A stretch of 43,996 nucleotides of DNA, from positions 456-44,451 of the forward strand of contig DANZ01000069.1 of NCBI GenBank assembly GCA_002501695.1, in the 5' to 3' direction. The notes beneath the pieces were generated by a model. The model did no database searches. It saw only the letters and a program-made list of their open reading frames with translations, and was not told the DNA's origin. How positions within the stretch are numbered: position 1 is the stretch's first letter; each line of letters begins with the position of its first letter. Both the position numbers and the translations under genes were made by a program. This DNA is from Methanolobus sp. UBA474 (lineage in GTDB: Archaea; Halobacteriota; Methanosarcinia; Methanosarcinales; Methanosarcinaceae). Shown one piece after another: positions 18,924 to 28,968 of this stretch.

Positions 18924-19652
18924 ATGAATGCGACAGACAGCACAGATACAAGAGATAAGTTCATGGCAGACCTGAAAACCCTGAAACATGATTTTAGCGT
19001 GACTCCCAGTATGGACAGCCTGTTCCAGATAATTGTTACGTATCATGCACTTGGGCAGGCCGAACGCGGCATAGGTTTTGCAGAGGCTTTCCTCATGCAG
19101 ATAGAGGATGAAAAGGAAAGGCTCGTGCAGACCGCAATGATCCTGAGCCTGGTGGAAAAGGATAATGAGGCAGCCGAACTCCTGAAGGACGCGGAGGAAA
19201 ACTTTCCTGGGGACATCGGGCTGAAAAGATACAGGGGCATGCTGCTTAACAAACAGAGGAAGTTCACGGAAGCTGTTGATGCTTTCAATGCCTTGCTTGA
19301 GAAAGATCCGGAAGACCTTGAATCAATATCCGGAAAGATCATGGCTCTTCTTGGTCTGAAAAAGCATGACCAGGCCATAAAAGCGTATCAGGCCTCTATA
19401 GGCATAAATCCGCGGGAAGCACCTCAGTGGCATTTCAAGGGCATGCTTGACGGTCTGATGGGTGAGCATCTTTCAAGGATGCAGCAGGGCGGTTCAGCTG
19501 ATGCTCATGAAAAGAAGCTTTCCGAAAGTTTCGAGCGGATCGATAGCCTGATCGATAACTTCGGTCCGGATGTCCGCAACTTTTACAGGATGGGGCAGTT
19601 CGCAGGTAAGGAGGCCTACCATCTGACCACGGATGATACAGGGGAGGAATGA
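18924..19652 (+). CDS. TPR-containing hypothetical protein
   Basis: TPR-like helices (RGMLLNKQRKFTEAVDAFNALLEKDP); T-tract follows at ~19677-19687. Confidence 0.7.
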   Translation: MNATDSTDTRDKFMADLKTLKHDFSVTPSMDSLFQIIVTYHALGQAERGIGFAEAFLMQIEDEKERLVQTAMILSLVEKDNEAAELLKDAEENFPGDIGLKRYRGMLLNKQRKFTEAVDAFNALLEKDPEDLESISGKIMALLGLKKHDQAIKAYQASIGINPREAPQWHFKGMLDGLMGEHLSRMQQGGSADAHEKKLSESFERIDSLIDNFGPDVRNFYRMGQFAGKEAYHLTTDDTGEE

Positions 19653-19828
19653 GCTGCATATTTTAAATGCCGTTCCTTCTTTTTTTGAATATACCATCAA
19701 CAGTTTTTTCTCGATATCTCTACTCTTATGCCGATATGTACTAATAATCTACAGCACTTTATCCTGCTAAGGTAAATTTACTCAAAATCAGGGATAGTTT
19801 TATAACTATTTTTGTCCACCTTTATCTA

Positions 19829-21085
19829 ATGAAGAAGTACATTGTCAGGTGTTTGCTCTGCGGAGAAACCCATGATCCATATTCCCTGAACTGCAGGAAT
19901 GGTGATGATGCGCTCCTGCGCGCTGAATATTCAGCCAGGACGCTCCAGCCTGCGGACCTGCCGGGGATATGGCGGTACAAGGAATGGCTGCCTGTCAGGG
20001 ATATTATCGAAAAGGGCTCGGGAAGGACCGTCACTTATAAAAGTGAGGCTCTTTCCTCACAACTGGGACTTGAGGACCTTTGGATAGCCTTCAACGGCTA
20101 CTGGCCGCAGAGGGATGCCATGATGATGACCTGTACATTCAAGGATCTTGAATCATTCCCGACCATGCAGCGCCTGAGAGAAATGGATGACGCCAGGATA
20201 ATGGTGGTGGCATCCGCAGGCAATACCGCAAGAGCTTTTTCCCACGTATGCAGCATCACAGGACAGCCGCTGCTGCTGATCGTGCCACAGGAGAGCGTAC
20301 ACCGCTTATGGACGACCCACAGTGACACATCTGCAGTCTGCCTGGCAACGGTAGAAGGCGATTATTTTGATGCTATATCCCTTGCGGGAAGGATCGCCTC
20401 CAGGGAAGGGTTTGTAAATGAAGGCGGGGCGAAGAACATTGCAAGGCGGGATGGTATGGGTACGGTTATGCTTGATGCGGTCCTCACGGCAGGCTCACTT
20501 CCTGATCATTATTTCCAGGCAGTGGGCAGCGGTACAGGCGGGATATCAGCATGGGAGGCAGCTATCAGGCTTATCGGGGATGGCAGGTTTGGCTCAAAGC
20601 TCCCGCGCCTTCATCTGGCTCAGAGTCTTCCATGTGCTCCATTGTATTCTCTCATGTATGGAAAAGATGCTGTTGCACCGTCATGCCCGGGGGGAATGTA
20701 TGATGATGTGCTGTTCAACCGGAAACCTCCCTATGCGATAAAAGGAGGAGTAAAGGACGCAATTGGAGCCACGGGCGGCGCTATATATGCTGTAAGCAAT
20801 GAGGAAGCTGCCTATTCCCAGTCATTATTTGAAAAAGAAGAAGGCATAGACATAAACCCTGCTGCTGCAGTGGCAGTTGCAGCACTGGTGCAGGCGGTAA
20901 GAAAAGGAAGTGTGCGGCCGGAGGACCGGATAGTCCTGAACATAACCGGCGGCGGTCAGAAGAGACTGGTGCAGGATAGTCCTGTAAGGCTTATCGGGCC
21001 ATCAGTAAGGGTGTCTGCAAAGGACCCGTGCGCAGAGGATATGATCATAACTACGGTACAGAATATATTTGGTGTAAAGATATGA
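19829..21085 (+). CDS. Cysteate synthase (threonine-synthase-like PLP enzyme, coenzyme M biosynthesis)
   Basis: N-terminal Cxx[14 protein letters not shown] (PLP Lys), [28 protein letters not shown]; clustered with comDE. Confidence 0.9.
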   Translation: MKKYIVRCLLCGETHDPYSLNCRNGDDALLRAEYSARTLQPADLPGIWRYKEWLPVRDIIEKGSGRTVTYKSEALSSQLGLEDLWIAFNGYWPQRDAMMMTCTFKDLESFPTMQRLREMDDARIMVVASAGNTARAFSHVCSITGQPLLLIVPQESVHRLWTTHSDTSAVCLATVEGDYFDAISLAGRIASREGFVNEGGAKNIARRDGMGTVMLDAVLTAGSLPDHYFQAVGSGTGGISAWEAAIRLIGDGRFGSKLPRLHLAQSLPCAPLYSLMYGKDAVAPSCPGGMYDDVLFNRKPPYAIKGGVKDAIGATGGAIYAVSNEEAAYSQSLFEKEEGIDINPAAAVAVAALVQAVRKGSVRPEDRIVLNITGGGQKRLVQDSPVRLIGPSVRVSAKDPCAEDMIITTVQNIFGVKI

Positions 21086-21846
21086 ACGAAGAACTTACTC
21101 TAACAATACTTGGCGGTGTCGATAAGGACGGGGTCCCGGAACCTGTGAAATTCATGGAGGTCAGCAAAGGTGAGATCATAGGCATTGTGGGACCGACCGG
21201 CTCGGGCAAGAGCACCCTTATAGATGATATAGAACAGCTTGCCCAGGGCGATACTCCTACAGGCAGGTCCATACTTATCAACGGCAAAAGGCCGGATGCC
21301 CTGACCCGTGTGGACCCGCGCAGGAAACTTGTGGCACAGCTGTCCCAGAAGATGCATTTCCTTGCAGATATGACAGTTGTGGATTTCCTTCACATGCATG
21401 CGCGCAGCAGGGGAAAAGGGCCTGAGCTCGTGAACAGGGTCATCGAGCTTGCCAATACCCTGACAGGCGAGCCTATATCCCCTGACCATTACCTGACAGT
21501 TCTCAGCGGAGGCCAGTCACGTTCCCTGATGACCGCAGACATCGCAGTCATAAGTGATTCCCCGGTGGTCCTTATAGACGAGATAGAGAATGCAGGTATT
21601 AAGAAGCAGGAGGCCTTGCGGCTGCTTTCGGGCGAGGGTAAGATAGTTGTTGTGGTTACCCATGACCCTGTCCTGGCCCTCATGGCATCCCGCAGGATAG
21701 TTATCCGCAACGGGGCAATGGTGGATATTATCACAACCAGCAGGGAGGAGCAGGATGTATGCGGCAGGATTACCCAGGTGGACAACTGGTTATTGTCCCT
21801 GAGGGAAACCATCCGCAGGGGAGAGGTCGTAGAGGAGCTGGCATGA
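21082..21846 (+). CDS. Soluble ABC-type ATPase (no permease in operon)
   Basis: Walker [14 protein letters not shown], Walker B VVLIDE, H-loop VTHD; ATGA overlap with upstream gene. Confidence 0.85.
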   Translation: MNEELTLTILGGVDKDGVPEPVKFMEVSKGEIIGIVGPTGSGKSTLIDDIEQLAQGDTPTGRSILINGKRPDALTRVDPRRKLVAQLSQKMHFLADMTVVDFLHMHARSRGKGPELVNRVIELANTLTGEPISPDHYLTVLSGGQSRSLMTADIAVISDSPVVLIDEIENAGIKKQEALRLLSGEGKIVVVVTHDPVLALMASRRIVIRNGAMVDIITTSREEQDVCGRITQVDNWLLSLRETIRRGEVVEELA

Positions 21847-22541
21847 AGCTGGTGGTACTTGCGGGTACTCCGGGTTCCGGTAAGACATCCGTGCTGCTCC
21901 ATACCATAAGGTCACTCATAAAGAGCGGAAAGAGGCCGGCTGTCGTTAAGGTCGATTGCCTGTGGACTGACGACGACCAGCGCTTCAGTAAGCTTGGCAT
22001 TCCTGTGCATGTGGGCCTTGCAAAGGACATGTGCCCGGATCACTTCACTATCTATAACACCGATGCCATGCTGGAGTGGGGAGCATCCGGCGGCTCTGAC
22101 ATTGTCCTGAATGAAACAGCGGGACTGTGCCTGCGATGTGCCCCCTATCCCGACGCATGCCTTGCCATATGCGTCATAGACGTTACCACAGGCCCCAACA
22201 CGCCCCTGAAAGTAGGCCCCCTGCTTACCACTGCGGATATAGTTGTCATGACAAAAGGTGATCTCGTCTCCCAGGCAGAGAGGGAGGTGTTCAGGGAAAG
22301 AGTTCTCGAAGTTAACCCCGGCTGTATCATGGTCGAGGCCAACGGGCTTACCGGAAAAGGGTCTTTTGAACTTGCCGAGCTGGTCACCGGGGGCCCGGAC
22401 GTGTGTGAGAACATGGTCCTGCGCTACAATCCGCCGCTTGCCATATGTTCTCTGTGCACCGGGGAGACCCGTGTTGCGCGTAAGCATCATATGGGTGTGC
22501 TGAGGCAGCTGGACGGCTTCATGGAGTACAGGGGTGAATGA
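21843..22541 (+). CDS. HypB/UreG-like (G3E) metal-binding GTPase
   Basis: [29 protein letters not shown]-terminal CSLC; ATGA overlap. Confidence 0.85.
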   Translation: MKLVVLAGTPGSGKTSVLLHTIRSLIKSGKRPAVVKVDCLWTDDDQRFSKLGIPVHVGLAKDMCPDHFTIYNTDAMLEWGASGGSDIVLNETAGLCLRCAPYPDACLAICVIDVTTGPNTPLKVGPLLTTADIVVMTKGDLVSQAEREVFRERVLEVNPGCIMVEANGLTGKGSFELAELVTGGPDVCENMVLRYNPPLAICSLCTGETRVARKHHMGVLRQLDGFMEYRGE

Positions 22542-22544
22542 GCA

Positions 22545-23177
22545 TTGAGCGACATCCTTTCACTCCTGCCCGGATATAATTGCGGCAGCTGCGGATTCAG
22601 GCAATGCAGGGACTTTGCGGCACAGCTGAAGAGCCCGGAGGACCTCCGGCGCTGTCCTTTCCTCGAAAGGGATATCTTCAGGGATAACCTCGGGAAACTG
22701 AGTGCCCTTGTAGGTGCTGACATATCCCCGGAAGAGAAGATAACAGGCATTATAGACGGGCTTGAGGCAGACTTCATGCTGGCTCCCCTCAGGGACGAGT
22801 GCTCATGCAGGGAGTTCATCCATCCGTTCAATGGTGCAATTGAAATAAACACCGGCGATCTCCTCCGCTACAGGCCTCTTGGCTGCCCTATCACACATTT
22901 TGCAAAGGTCATCGATATCGACCCGGGCATATACACCATACATCTTGTGGGTCCGCTGCATCGTCTGGGAAGAGAGGACCTCAAATTCAAGGATATCGGC
23001 CTGTGCATGATACTTGCCTTTGAGGGGCGGGTTTCCAGGGGAAAGCTGCCAAAGGTCGGCCAGACGGTCAAATTCGTCCCGGAGTACTGTATGATGCAGA
23101 AAGTCCACTCAGGCATGGTAGTGAGTGTAGAGGGCAGGGATATACGCATAGAAGGCATAGACCTGAAGGTATGGTGA
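22545..23177 (+). CDS. Fe-S cluster-binding protein (RnfB-type N-terminal FeS motif)
   Basis: LPGYNCGSCGFRQC...CPF plus further Cys/His motifs (CSCRE, GCPITH, CMMQKVHSG). Confidence 0.8.
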   Translation: MSDILSLLPGYNCGSCGFRQCRDFAAQLKSPEDLRRCPFLERDIFRDNLGKLSALVGADISPEEKITGIIDGLEADFMLAPLRDECSCREFIHPFNGAIEINTGDLLRYRPLGCPITHFAKVIDIDPGIYTIHLVGPLHRLGREDLKFKDIGLCMILAFEGRVSRGKLPKVGQTVKFVPEYCMMQKVHSGMVVSVEGRDIRIEGIDLKVW

Positions 23178-23185
23178 AAGGCTTT

Positions 23186-23698
23186 ATGTTTGAGCAGGAC
23201 AGACTGACACCTTCGGAGGCTGTGTACCGGGGTATGAAGGATGCAGGCATTGATCTCATAGTCAGTGTGCCCTGCATTAACCTGAGCGGCCTGATCCTCC
23301 TGGCTGACAGGGACCCTTCTGTCATTCACGTGCCTGTGACCAGGGAGGAGGAGGGTGTCGGGGTATGTGCGGGTGCCTATATGGGAGGCAGAAAACCTGC
23401 GATGCTGATGCAGAACTCCGGTCTTGGCAATTCTATCAATGCGCTTGCCTCTTTGAACCTTCTTTACAGGATCCCGCTTTTAATGATAATGAGCCATCGC
23501 GGGGTTGAAGGCGAGCCTATATGCGCCCAGGTGCCCATGGGGCAATTCACCCCCGCACTGCTGGATACTCTTGGCATTCCTTATTTTCTCCCGGATTCAA
23601 AGGCCGATGCAATAAAAAAGATACATGCGGCATGGAAAACAGCAGATGAAGGTAAGACGCCTTCTGCGGTGCTTCTGCCTATATCCTTCTGGAGGTAA
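23186..23698 (+). CDS. comD: Sulfopyruvate decarboxylase alpha subunit
   Basis: SVPC, TREEEGVGVCAGAY, MQNSGLGNSINALASL, SHRG..E...AQVPMG. Confidence 0.9.
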   Translation: MFEQDRLTPSEAVYRGMKDAGIDLIVSVPCINLSGLILLADRDPSVIHVPVTREEEGVGVCAGAYMGGRKPAMLMQNSGLGNSINALASLNLLYRIPLLMIMSHRGVEGEPICAQVPMGQFTPALLDTLGIPYFLPDSKADAIKKIHAAWKTADEGKTPSAVLLPISFWR

Positions 23699-23710
23699 TC
23701 AGTGGTGAGC

Positions 23711-24280
23711 ATGAAACGTATCGACGCCATAAGGGATATTGCACGGGAGGCAGTACAGAGTGATGCTCTTCTTGTCTGCAATATCGGCATACCCTGCAAG
23801 GAACTATGCAGCGTATGCGATACGCCGAACAACTTCTATATGCTTGGCTCAATGGGTCTTGCCTCTTCCATAGGCCTCGGGCTTGCACTTTCCCTTCCGG
23901 GAAGGAAAGTCATCGCCATCGATGGTGATGGTTCGGTGCTGATGAACATGGGGAGCCTGGCGACCATAGCCGCCCAGTCCCCGAAGAATTATCTTCTTGT
24001 TATAATCGATAACGGCTCTTATGGTTCCACAGGCAGTCAGCCTACAGCAACAGCAAAGGGGACCGATCTTGCGCAGGTTGCACGGGGGGCCGGTAACACA
24101 GCTGTATGCGAGACCGATGACAGTGAGGAGCTCAGGCGCATCCTGGGGAGCACGGATCACGGTATTGTTGTTGTGAGGGCGGACCCCGGAAATGCGGATG
24201 TGCCCAATATAGGCATGTGCCCGGAAGATATCCTGCGCAGGTTCATGGGCGTATCGTTTCCACCATCTCGCTCAGTTTGA
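23711..24280 (+). CDS. comE: Sulfopyruvate decarboxylase beta subunit
   Basis: NFYMLGSMGLASSIGLG and TPP motif DGDGSVLMN...IDNGSYGSTGSQ. Confidence 0.9.
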   Translation: MKRIDAIRDIAREAVQSDALLVCNIGIPCKELCSVCDTPNNFYMLGSMGLASSIGLGLALSLPGRKVIAIDGDGSVLMNMGSLATIAAQSPKNYLLVIIDNGSYGSTGSQPTATAKGTDLAQVARGAGNTAVCETDDSEELRRILGSTDHGIVVVRADPGNADVPNIGMCPEDILRRFMGVSFPPSRSV

Positions 24281-25526
24281 AAGAACCGTCAAGTATCATC
24301 CTCTTGAGCTTTTCTTCAAGCTCCAGAGCCCTTTTACGGTCCGATTGCCTCAGTACTATGGGAACCTCGTGCATTCCGCCTTCCATCTCGAATCTGATGC
24401 TCCCGAGATCCGCAGTGAACACATTCCCGGGGCACAGGGTGGTGCACAGGCCGCAGTTGAAACACAGGTGCCTGTTGATGAAGGGCCTGTCATCCCTATA
24501 GTGTATCGCATCCATCGGGCAGCATTCTGCAGCCATGCATTTTTCGCACCTGATGCAGGATGAAGGCTTGAACTCGACGGACATGTCAACGTTCTTCCAG
24601 CCGTCCGCGTAAGTTGTGCCCCCGATCGTCACCCGTCTGCCCACGTCCATTACGGGCATTGGCACCTTCTCATCTGTCAGTGTGACGGCATCGATCACCG
24701 ACTGGCTTACAACAGGTATGGGTATTGCCCAGGATACTATGCACTCGGGTCCGGCGGAAGTGGAGAACCCTCCCATGTGAGCAGGGTCCATATCGTGCAT
24801 ATCTGCAAATCCAGTAAGGTTTGGCCTTGCCTGGCTGCTGCGTGTCCCTTCCCCTATGACGAAACCCTGTGCCCCGTTCATCAGCATCCGGGTCCCCACT
24901 CCGATGGTCTCAAGATGGGGGTCGTTCTTCAGGGGATTGATCTGGCCGCATCCCGAGAATGTCGCAGTCCTCATATCCGGCTCGAACTCCGTTGCATGGA
25001 ATATGGTGCTGACAGGCTTGCCGGAACAGTTCACAAATGCTGCGTAGTTCTTGAAAGTGTGCCTGGTGGCAAACAGTTTTGCATGAGGCATCCCGTCCAG
25101 TGTGACCTCTGTCTGGAAAGCGTCATTCTCATCCGTTATGACTGAGACGTCTATTGCCTTTTTTTCGGCCATCTCCCGGAAAAGGTGGCCTGCCCCATAT
25201 CCGGGGTGCAGGTGTGAGTGAGCGGTGCCGAAAACGATCAGGTCAAGCATCCCAAGACTCTCGTTCGGGCATGGCCCCACATGTGCGGGCACGCCATTAA
25301 GGAAGACCTTTGAAGCCCTTTTGAAACGGAAAGTAGTTTCCACCGGAAAAGAAAGCACAGCGTAGGTACCGCTCATTACTGCCCTTGTTGCGGTGGTCAC
25401 CACGTCAACATCCCTTATCGTGATATCCTCGCCGCTTTGAACAAGTTCACATATTTCCTGTGAGGTCATCACAACTGCTTCATTATTATCTATCTTCCTT
25501 CTGATATCTTTAACAGACCGCTCCAT
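24243..25526 (-). CDS. comF: Methanogenesis marker 16 metalloprotein (COG1900-like plus ferredoxin domain), proposed final coenzyme M enzyme
   Basis: DVVTTAT..MSGT, GPCPNE, SGCGQINP, C-terminal CIRCEKC..CCP and CFNCGLC...CP; adjacent to comDE. Confidence 0.8.
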   Translation of the reverse strand: MERSVKDIRRKIDNNEAVVMTSQEICELVQSGEDITIRDVDVVTTATRAVMSGTYAVLSFPVETTFRFKRASKVFLNGVPAHVGPCPNESLGMLDLIVFGTAHSHLHPGYGAGHLFREMAEKKAIDVSVITDENDAFQTEVTLDGMPHAKLFATRHTFKNYAAFVNCSGKPVSTIFHATEFEPDMRTATFSGCGQINPLKNDPHLETIGVGTRMLMNGAQGFVIGEGTRSSQARPNLTGFADMHDMDPAHMGGFSTSAGPECIVSWAIPIPVVSQSVIDAVTLTDEKVPMPVMDVGRRVTIGGTTYADGWKNVDMSVEFKPSSCIRCEKCMAAECCPMDAIHYRDDRPFINRHLCFNCGLCTTLCPGNVFTADLGSIRFEMEGGMHEVPIVLRQSDRKRALELEEKLKRMILDGSFKLSEMVETIRP

Positions 25527-25603
25527 AATACCACCCTGGTGTCCACTCTGCCTGCCGTCCGAAAGAAAAATAGGAATTGATATCTTATATACGCCTCGCT
25601 GGT

Positions 25604-26737
25604 TCAGTCCAGCCCAAGAATACTTGCCAGCTCAAGCCCTTCGCTCCCAATCTCGGAAAGCCTGTCGAAAGCCTCTTGCTTGGTAATGTATTTCTCGGTG
25701 CGTGTGCCATCGGAAGATTCCACCTTGATGGTTATTTCGTTCTTGACATAGCCGCGCTCGGTGGATTCGCGGATTATCTCTCCATACTGCTGGGCTATCA
25801 GCTTGAGGCAGTCGAACACTTCATTATTGCGAACTGCATCCCTTCCGTCAAGCATTATCTGGGTCAGGGTCTGAGAGCGTATGAACAGCTCCACATACTT
25901 GCGCAGTTCGCTCATGAGGCCCTCAATGTTCCCCATTTTAAGTGATCTGACAAGAGTTTCATCAGATGTTATGTCTGTATCACCGAACATGACCTGGCAG
26001 TTGCCATCACTGCAGCTGACCTGGAATTGCTGATCCTTTTTCTTTGTCTCGAAGGTGGCATTTATATGATCGATACCGTCATAATTCACAGAGGACACAA
26101 GGTAATCGGAGACATCGACCATTTTGACCCTGTTCTCCTTATGTATCAGGCCGGACTTTGTCCATGCGGGCAGGGAAAGGTCCCCGTACGCTTCTTTGAC
26201 TGTAAGTGTGTCATGAGCATAAGTGAGGTCGGATGTATATTCCATACCTGAGAAAATTGCTGTCATTGTACCTCTGAGGAGGCCTTCCTTCATGAGAACA
26301 TGATACCTGTTAGTTGCTCCGTATATGCCGGACCGGAAAAGAGGGTTAAGGGTGGCAAGGATCTCCTTCTCAATATCATACAGGCCGCTTTCGGAATCGT
26401 TCCTTATGAACTCCAGTTTCTGATTCAGGTTCTTCAGTTCCCTTGTGGAGGTCATGATACAGGCGTCCATGATGGCGTTACGGCATTCCAGTATCTCCTT
26501 GTCCCTTGCGTCTCTGGAAAGCTCATCAACATAAGCCTGGACATCCTTACTGAACTTATCGAGTCCTAATATCCTGGCTTCAAGGGAGGTCACTTCCTCA
26601 GATTCATCTTCGCTGAGCTCGATGGCAGAATTCTCCAGAGGGATCACTTTTTTGGCAGTTCCTATGAAGTCATTCAGATCCTGAATAAAATCCCTTTGCA
26701 ATGGTAATGCAGTTGAGTCCTGGAATGTGTATCTCAT
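25604..26737 (-). CDS. Hypothetical protein, acidic, coiled-coil-like N-terminus
   Basis: 377-aa ORF with RBS-like AAGGGA and upstream TATA-like element; no family recognised. Confidence 0.75.
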   Translation of the reverse strand: MRYTFQDSTALPLQRDFIQDLNDFIGTAKKVIPLENSAIELSEDESEEVTSLEARILGLDKFSKDVQAYVDELSRDARDKEILECRNAIMDACIMTSTRELKNLNQKLEFIRNDSESGLYDIEKEILATLNPLFRSGIYGATNRYHVLMKEGLLRGTMTAIFSGMEYTSDLTYAHDTLTVKEAYGDLSLPAWTKSGLIHKENRVKMVDVSDYLVSSVNYDGIDHINATFETKKKDQQFQVSCSDGNCQVMFGDTDITSDETLVRSLKMGNIEGLMSELRKYVELFIRSQTLTQIMLDGRDAVRNNEVFDCLKLIAQQYGEIIRESTERGYVKNEITIKVESSDGTRTEKYITKQEAFDRLSEIGSEGLELASILGLD

Positions 26738-26829
26738 CCAAATCCCTTTTTGAAATATACTTCTATTATTATTATGCCCTCATTTCGATTATATATATTT
26801 CGATTTAAGGGTTTGGTCACTTTTAATGT

Positions 26830-27780
26830 TCATATGACGGACCTTACGGTTTCCAATATCATGTTCATATATCTTGCAGCACCGTTCTTCAGGTCCATGG
26901 GGTGAAGCTTACCGCTTGCGTAGACTTCCTTAAGCTCTTCGTAGCCCCTGCACTGCAGGTTCCCTCCGAACTTCTCCGGCCGCTCAAAAACGATCTCTTC
27001 ATAGCGCGGGCATATATGGTACCTGAACAATTCAAGTACAGGGTTGTTCTCCACTTCTCCGGCAGGACAGAAGGCTTTCTTCATCTTGGCATTGATCTCT
27101 GTTTCGGAGTCATCCACAGAGATGAAATTGTCATTGGAAGAGGACATCTTATTACCGTCGAATCCCAGGATGATGGGTGTATGGATGCACAGCGGGGCAT
27201 TGAAACCCAGTGCAGGAAGTCCTTCTCTTGCAAGCATGTGGATCTTGCGCTGGTCGATGCCGCCGACCGCAACGTCAACACCCAGCATTGCAATGTCAAT
27301 TGCCTGCATGATCGGGTAAACCATCTGGGATACCTTCGGGTCCTCCATCTGGCGCCCGACCTCGTCCATGCTCCTTCTGGCCCTGCTAAGAGAAGTGATC
27401 CGTGTGAGCTTGAGGACATTGAGCATATAATCCGGTTTGAGCTGGTAATCTGATCCGTAGACGAAGTTCGTCTCTTTGGGATCCAGTCCCAGGGCAATGA
27501 AACAGCGCTTGTTATAGTCGGCGATCTCACGGACCTGTTCAAGCGTTCCTTTCTGGTTGAGGTATGCGTGGACATCTGCCAGCAATACCGTTATCTTAAA
27601 ACCCGCTTTCTGGAGGTCGAGGAGCTTGTTGACTGTCAGCACGTGCCCCATATGGATCTTGCCGCTAGGTTCGTACCCTACATAGGCAGTAGGATGCTCT
27701 TTTGTTTCCAGGAGTACTTTCAGCTCCTCTTCTGTTACTATTTCCTGTACGTTCCTCATTATAAGTTCAAGTCTTTCCAT
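26830..27780 (-). CDS. tyrS: Tyrosine--tRNA ligase (archaeal type)
   Basis: YVGYEPSGKIHMGH, YPIMQAID, GGIDQRKIH, KMSSS. Confidence 0.95.
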   Translation of the reverse strand: MERLELIMRNVQEIVTEEELKVLLETKEHPTAYVGYEPSGKIHMGHVLTVNKLLDLQKAGFKITVLLADVHAYLNQKGTLEQVREIADYNKRCFIALGLDPKETNFVYGSDYQLKPDYMLNVLKLTRITSLSRARRSMDEVGRQMEDPKVSQMVYPIMQAIDIAMLGVDVAVGGIDQRKIHMLAREGLPALGFNAPLCIHTPIILGFDGNKMSSSNDNFISVDDSETEINAKMKKAFCPAGEVENNPVLELFRYHICPRYEEIVFERPEKFGGNLQCRGYEELKEVYASGKLHPMDLKNGAARYMNMILETVRSVI

Positions 27781-27823
27781 AGGTTCACCGTTGCAATCGT
27801 GTGCTGTATAATTGCCTATCTCC

Positions 27824-28585
27824 TTAAATGCTTTTTCTCAGGTTGCCACTGCGGTCCTTCTGCCCGAGCAGGCCCTCAATAAAAACAGCTCCCTCTGCAG
27901 ACTTGAAAAGCGGCAGCTCCCACTCCTGCTTTACCCGGGAACGGATGGCCAGCGTTTTCTCTTTCAGGTGTGGATTAAAACCGGGGATCTCATACTCTTC
28001 CTTGAGCACCATGATCCCCCGCCTCTGCCATGCAGGAACTGCAGCTATATTGGTCCCCCGGCTGAAGAGCATCTCATGCATCTGCCCGGACCTTTTGTTC
28101 AAAAGCAGTCCCGAAACATCTCTTTCCTCCATGCCTTCGGAAAGGAGCGCGTAGTATGCATGGGAATTGATGCAGTTACGCCATGCTTCGGCCTGTCTCC
28201 ATATAAGGTATTCTTCAATGAGATGCCCATGTACGGGTATGACCCTGGAATCAAATGAGAAGGGCTCATCGGGCCTGAGCAGCATTGTAAGCGCACTGCT
28301 GATAAATGACGGTATCACGGAATCCAGTTTCTCTATCCTGCCATCAAAGGCAACCTCATTGAAAAAGAAGCTGATCTCGTCAGAAAATGTATATGCAAGC
28401 ACAGGGCTCAGACCACTGTGCCTGAAAAAGAGTTCAACGGCATCTGCCATCGCAGATGCGAACTTTATGTCATAGGGTTTTTCAAATCCCATGCGCGATA
28501 GCACATGCTTGAAATTGCGGCCATCGACGCGCACAATCACAGGCGGTACGCAATAAAGATCTGAGTAGATCTCTCGCCTTTTCAT
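27824..28585 (-). CDS. thg1: tRNA(His) guanylyltransferase Thg1-like protein
   Basis: RVDGRNF, YTFSDEIS, FDSR, WRQAEAWRN, PAWQRRG. Confidence 0.92.
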   Translation of the reverse strand: MKRREIYSDLYCVPPVIVRVDGRNFKHVLSRMGFEKPYDIKFASAMADAVELFFRHSGLSPVLAYTFSDEISFFFNEVAFDGRIEKLDSVIPSFISSALTMLLRPDEPFSFDSRVIPVHGHLIEEYLIWRQAEAWRNCINSHAYYALLSEGMEERDVSGLLLNKRSGQMHEMLFSRGTNIAAVPAWQRRGIMVLKEEYEIPGFNPHLKEKTLAIRSRVKQEWELPLFKSAEGAVFIEGLLGQKDRSGNLRKSI

Positions 28586-28592
28586 AGACCTT

Positions 28593-28862
28593 TCATTCTT
28601 CAGGCTCTGTTTTCGCCGGCTTTTTGAACCTGTTCACTATGTTCCTGATAAGAACTATGTCGCCGGTTGTAACTACCCATCTGTAGGGTATTATAACACC
28701 CTTTGAAGTGAAGTCGAATATATCCCTGTTGATGGAAGAAACGGCTATCCCAGTTACTGTCCTTTCATCAACATCCAACACAAGATCGGCAACCTTGCCC
28801 ACATATGTGCCTGTATCGGTGTAAATGTTCAATCCGAAAAGTGAAGTTATGTCTGCACGCAT
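28593..28862 (-). CDS. PRC-barrel domain protein (CdpB-like, possible cell-division role)
   Basis: IYTDTGTYVGKVADLVLD...IIPYRWV..GDIVLI. Confidence 0.85.
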   Translation of the reverse strand: MRADITSLFGLNIYTDTGTYVGKVADLVLDVDERTVTGIAVSSINRDIFDFTSKGVIIPYRWVVTTGDIVLIRNIVNRFKKPAKTEPEE

Positions 28863-28968
28863 GGTATCCCTTCTTACTATTATTTACTTATATATCAATA
28901 TTTGTATGTAAGTGCCGGTGCCTTATTTCTTTTTCTATTGCTATTCGCTAATACTGCTATCATCATAT

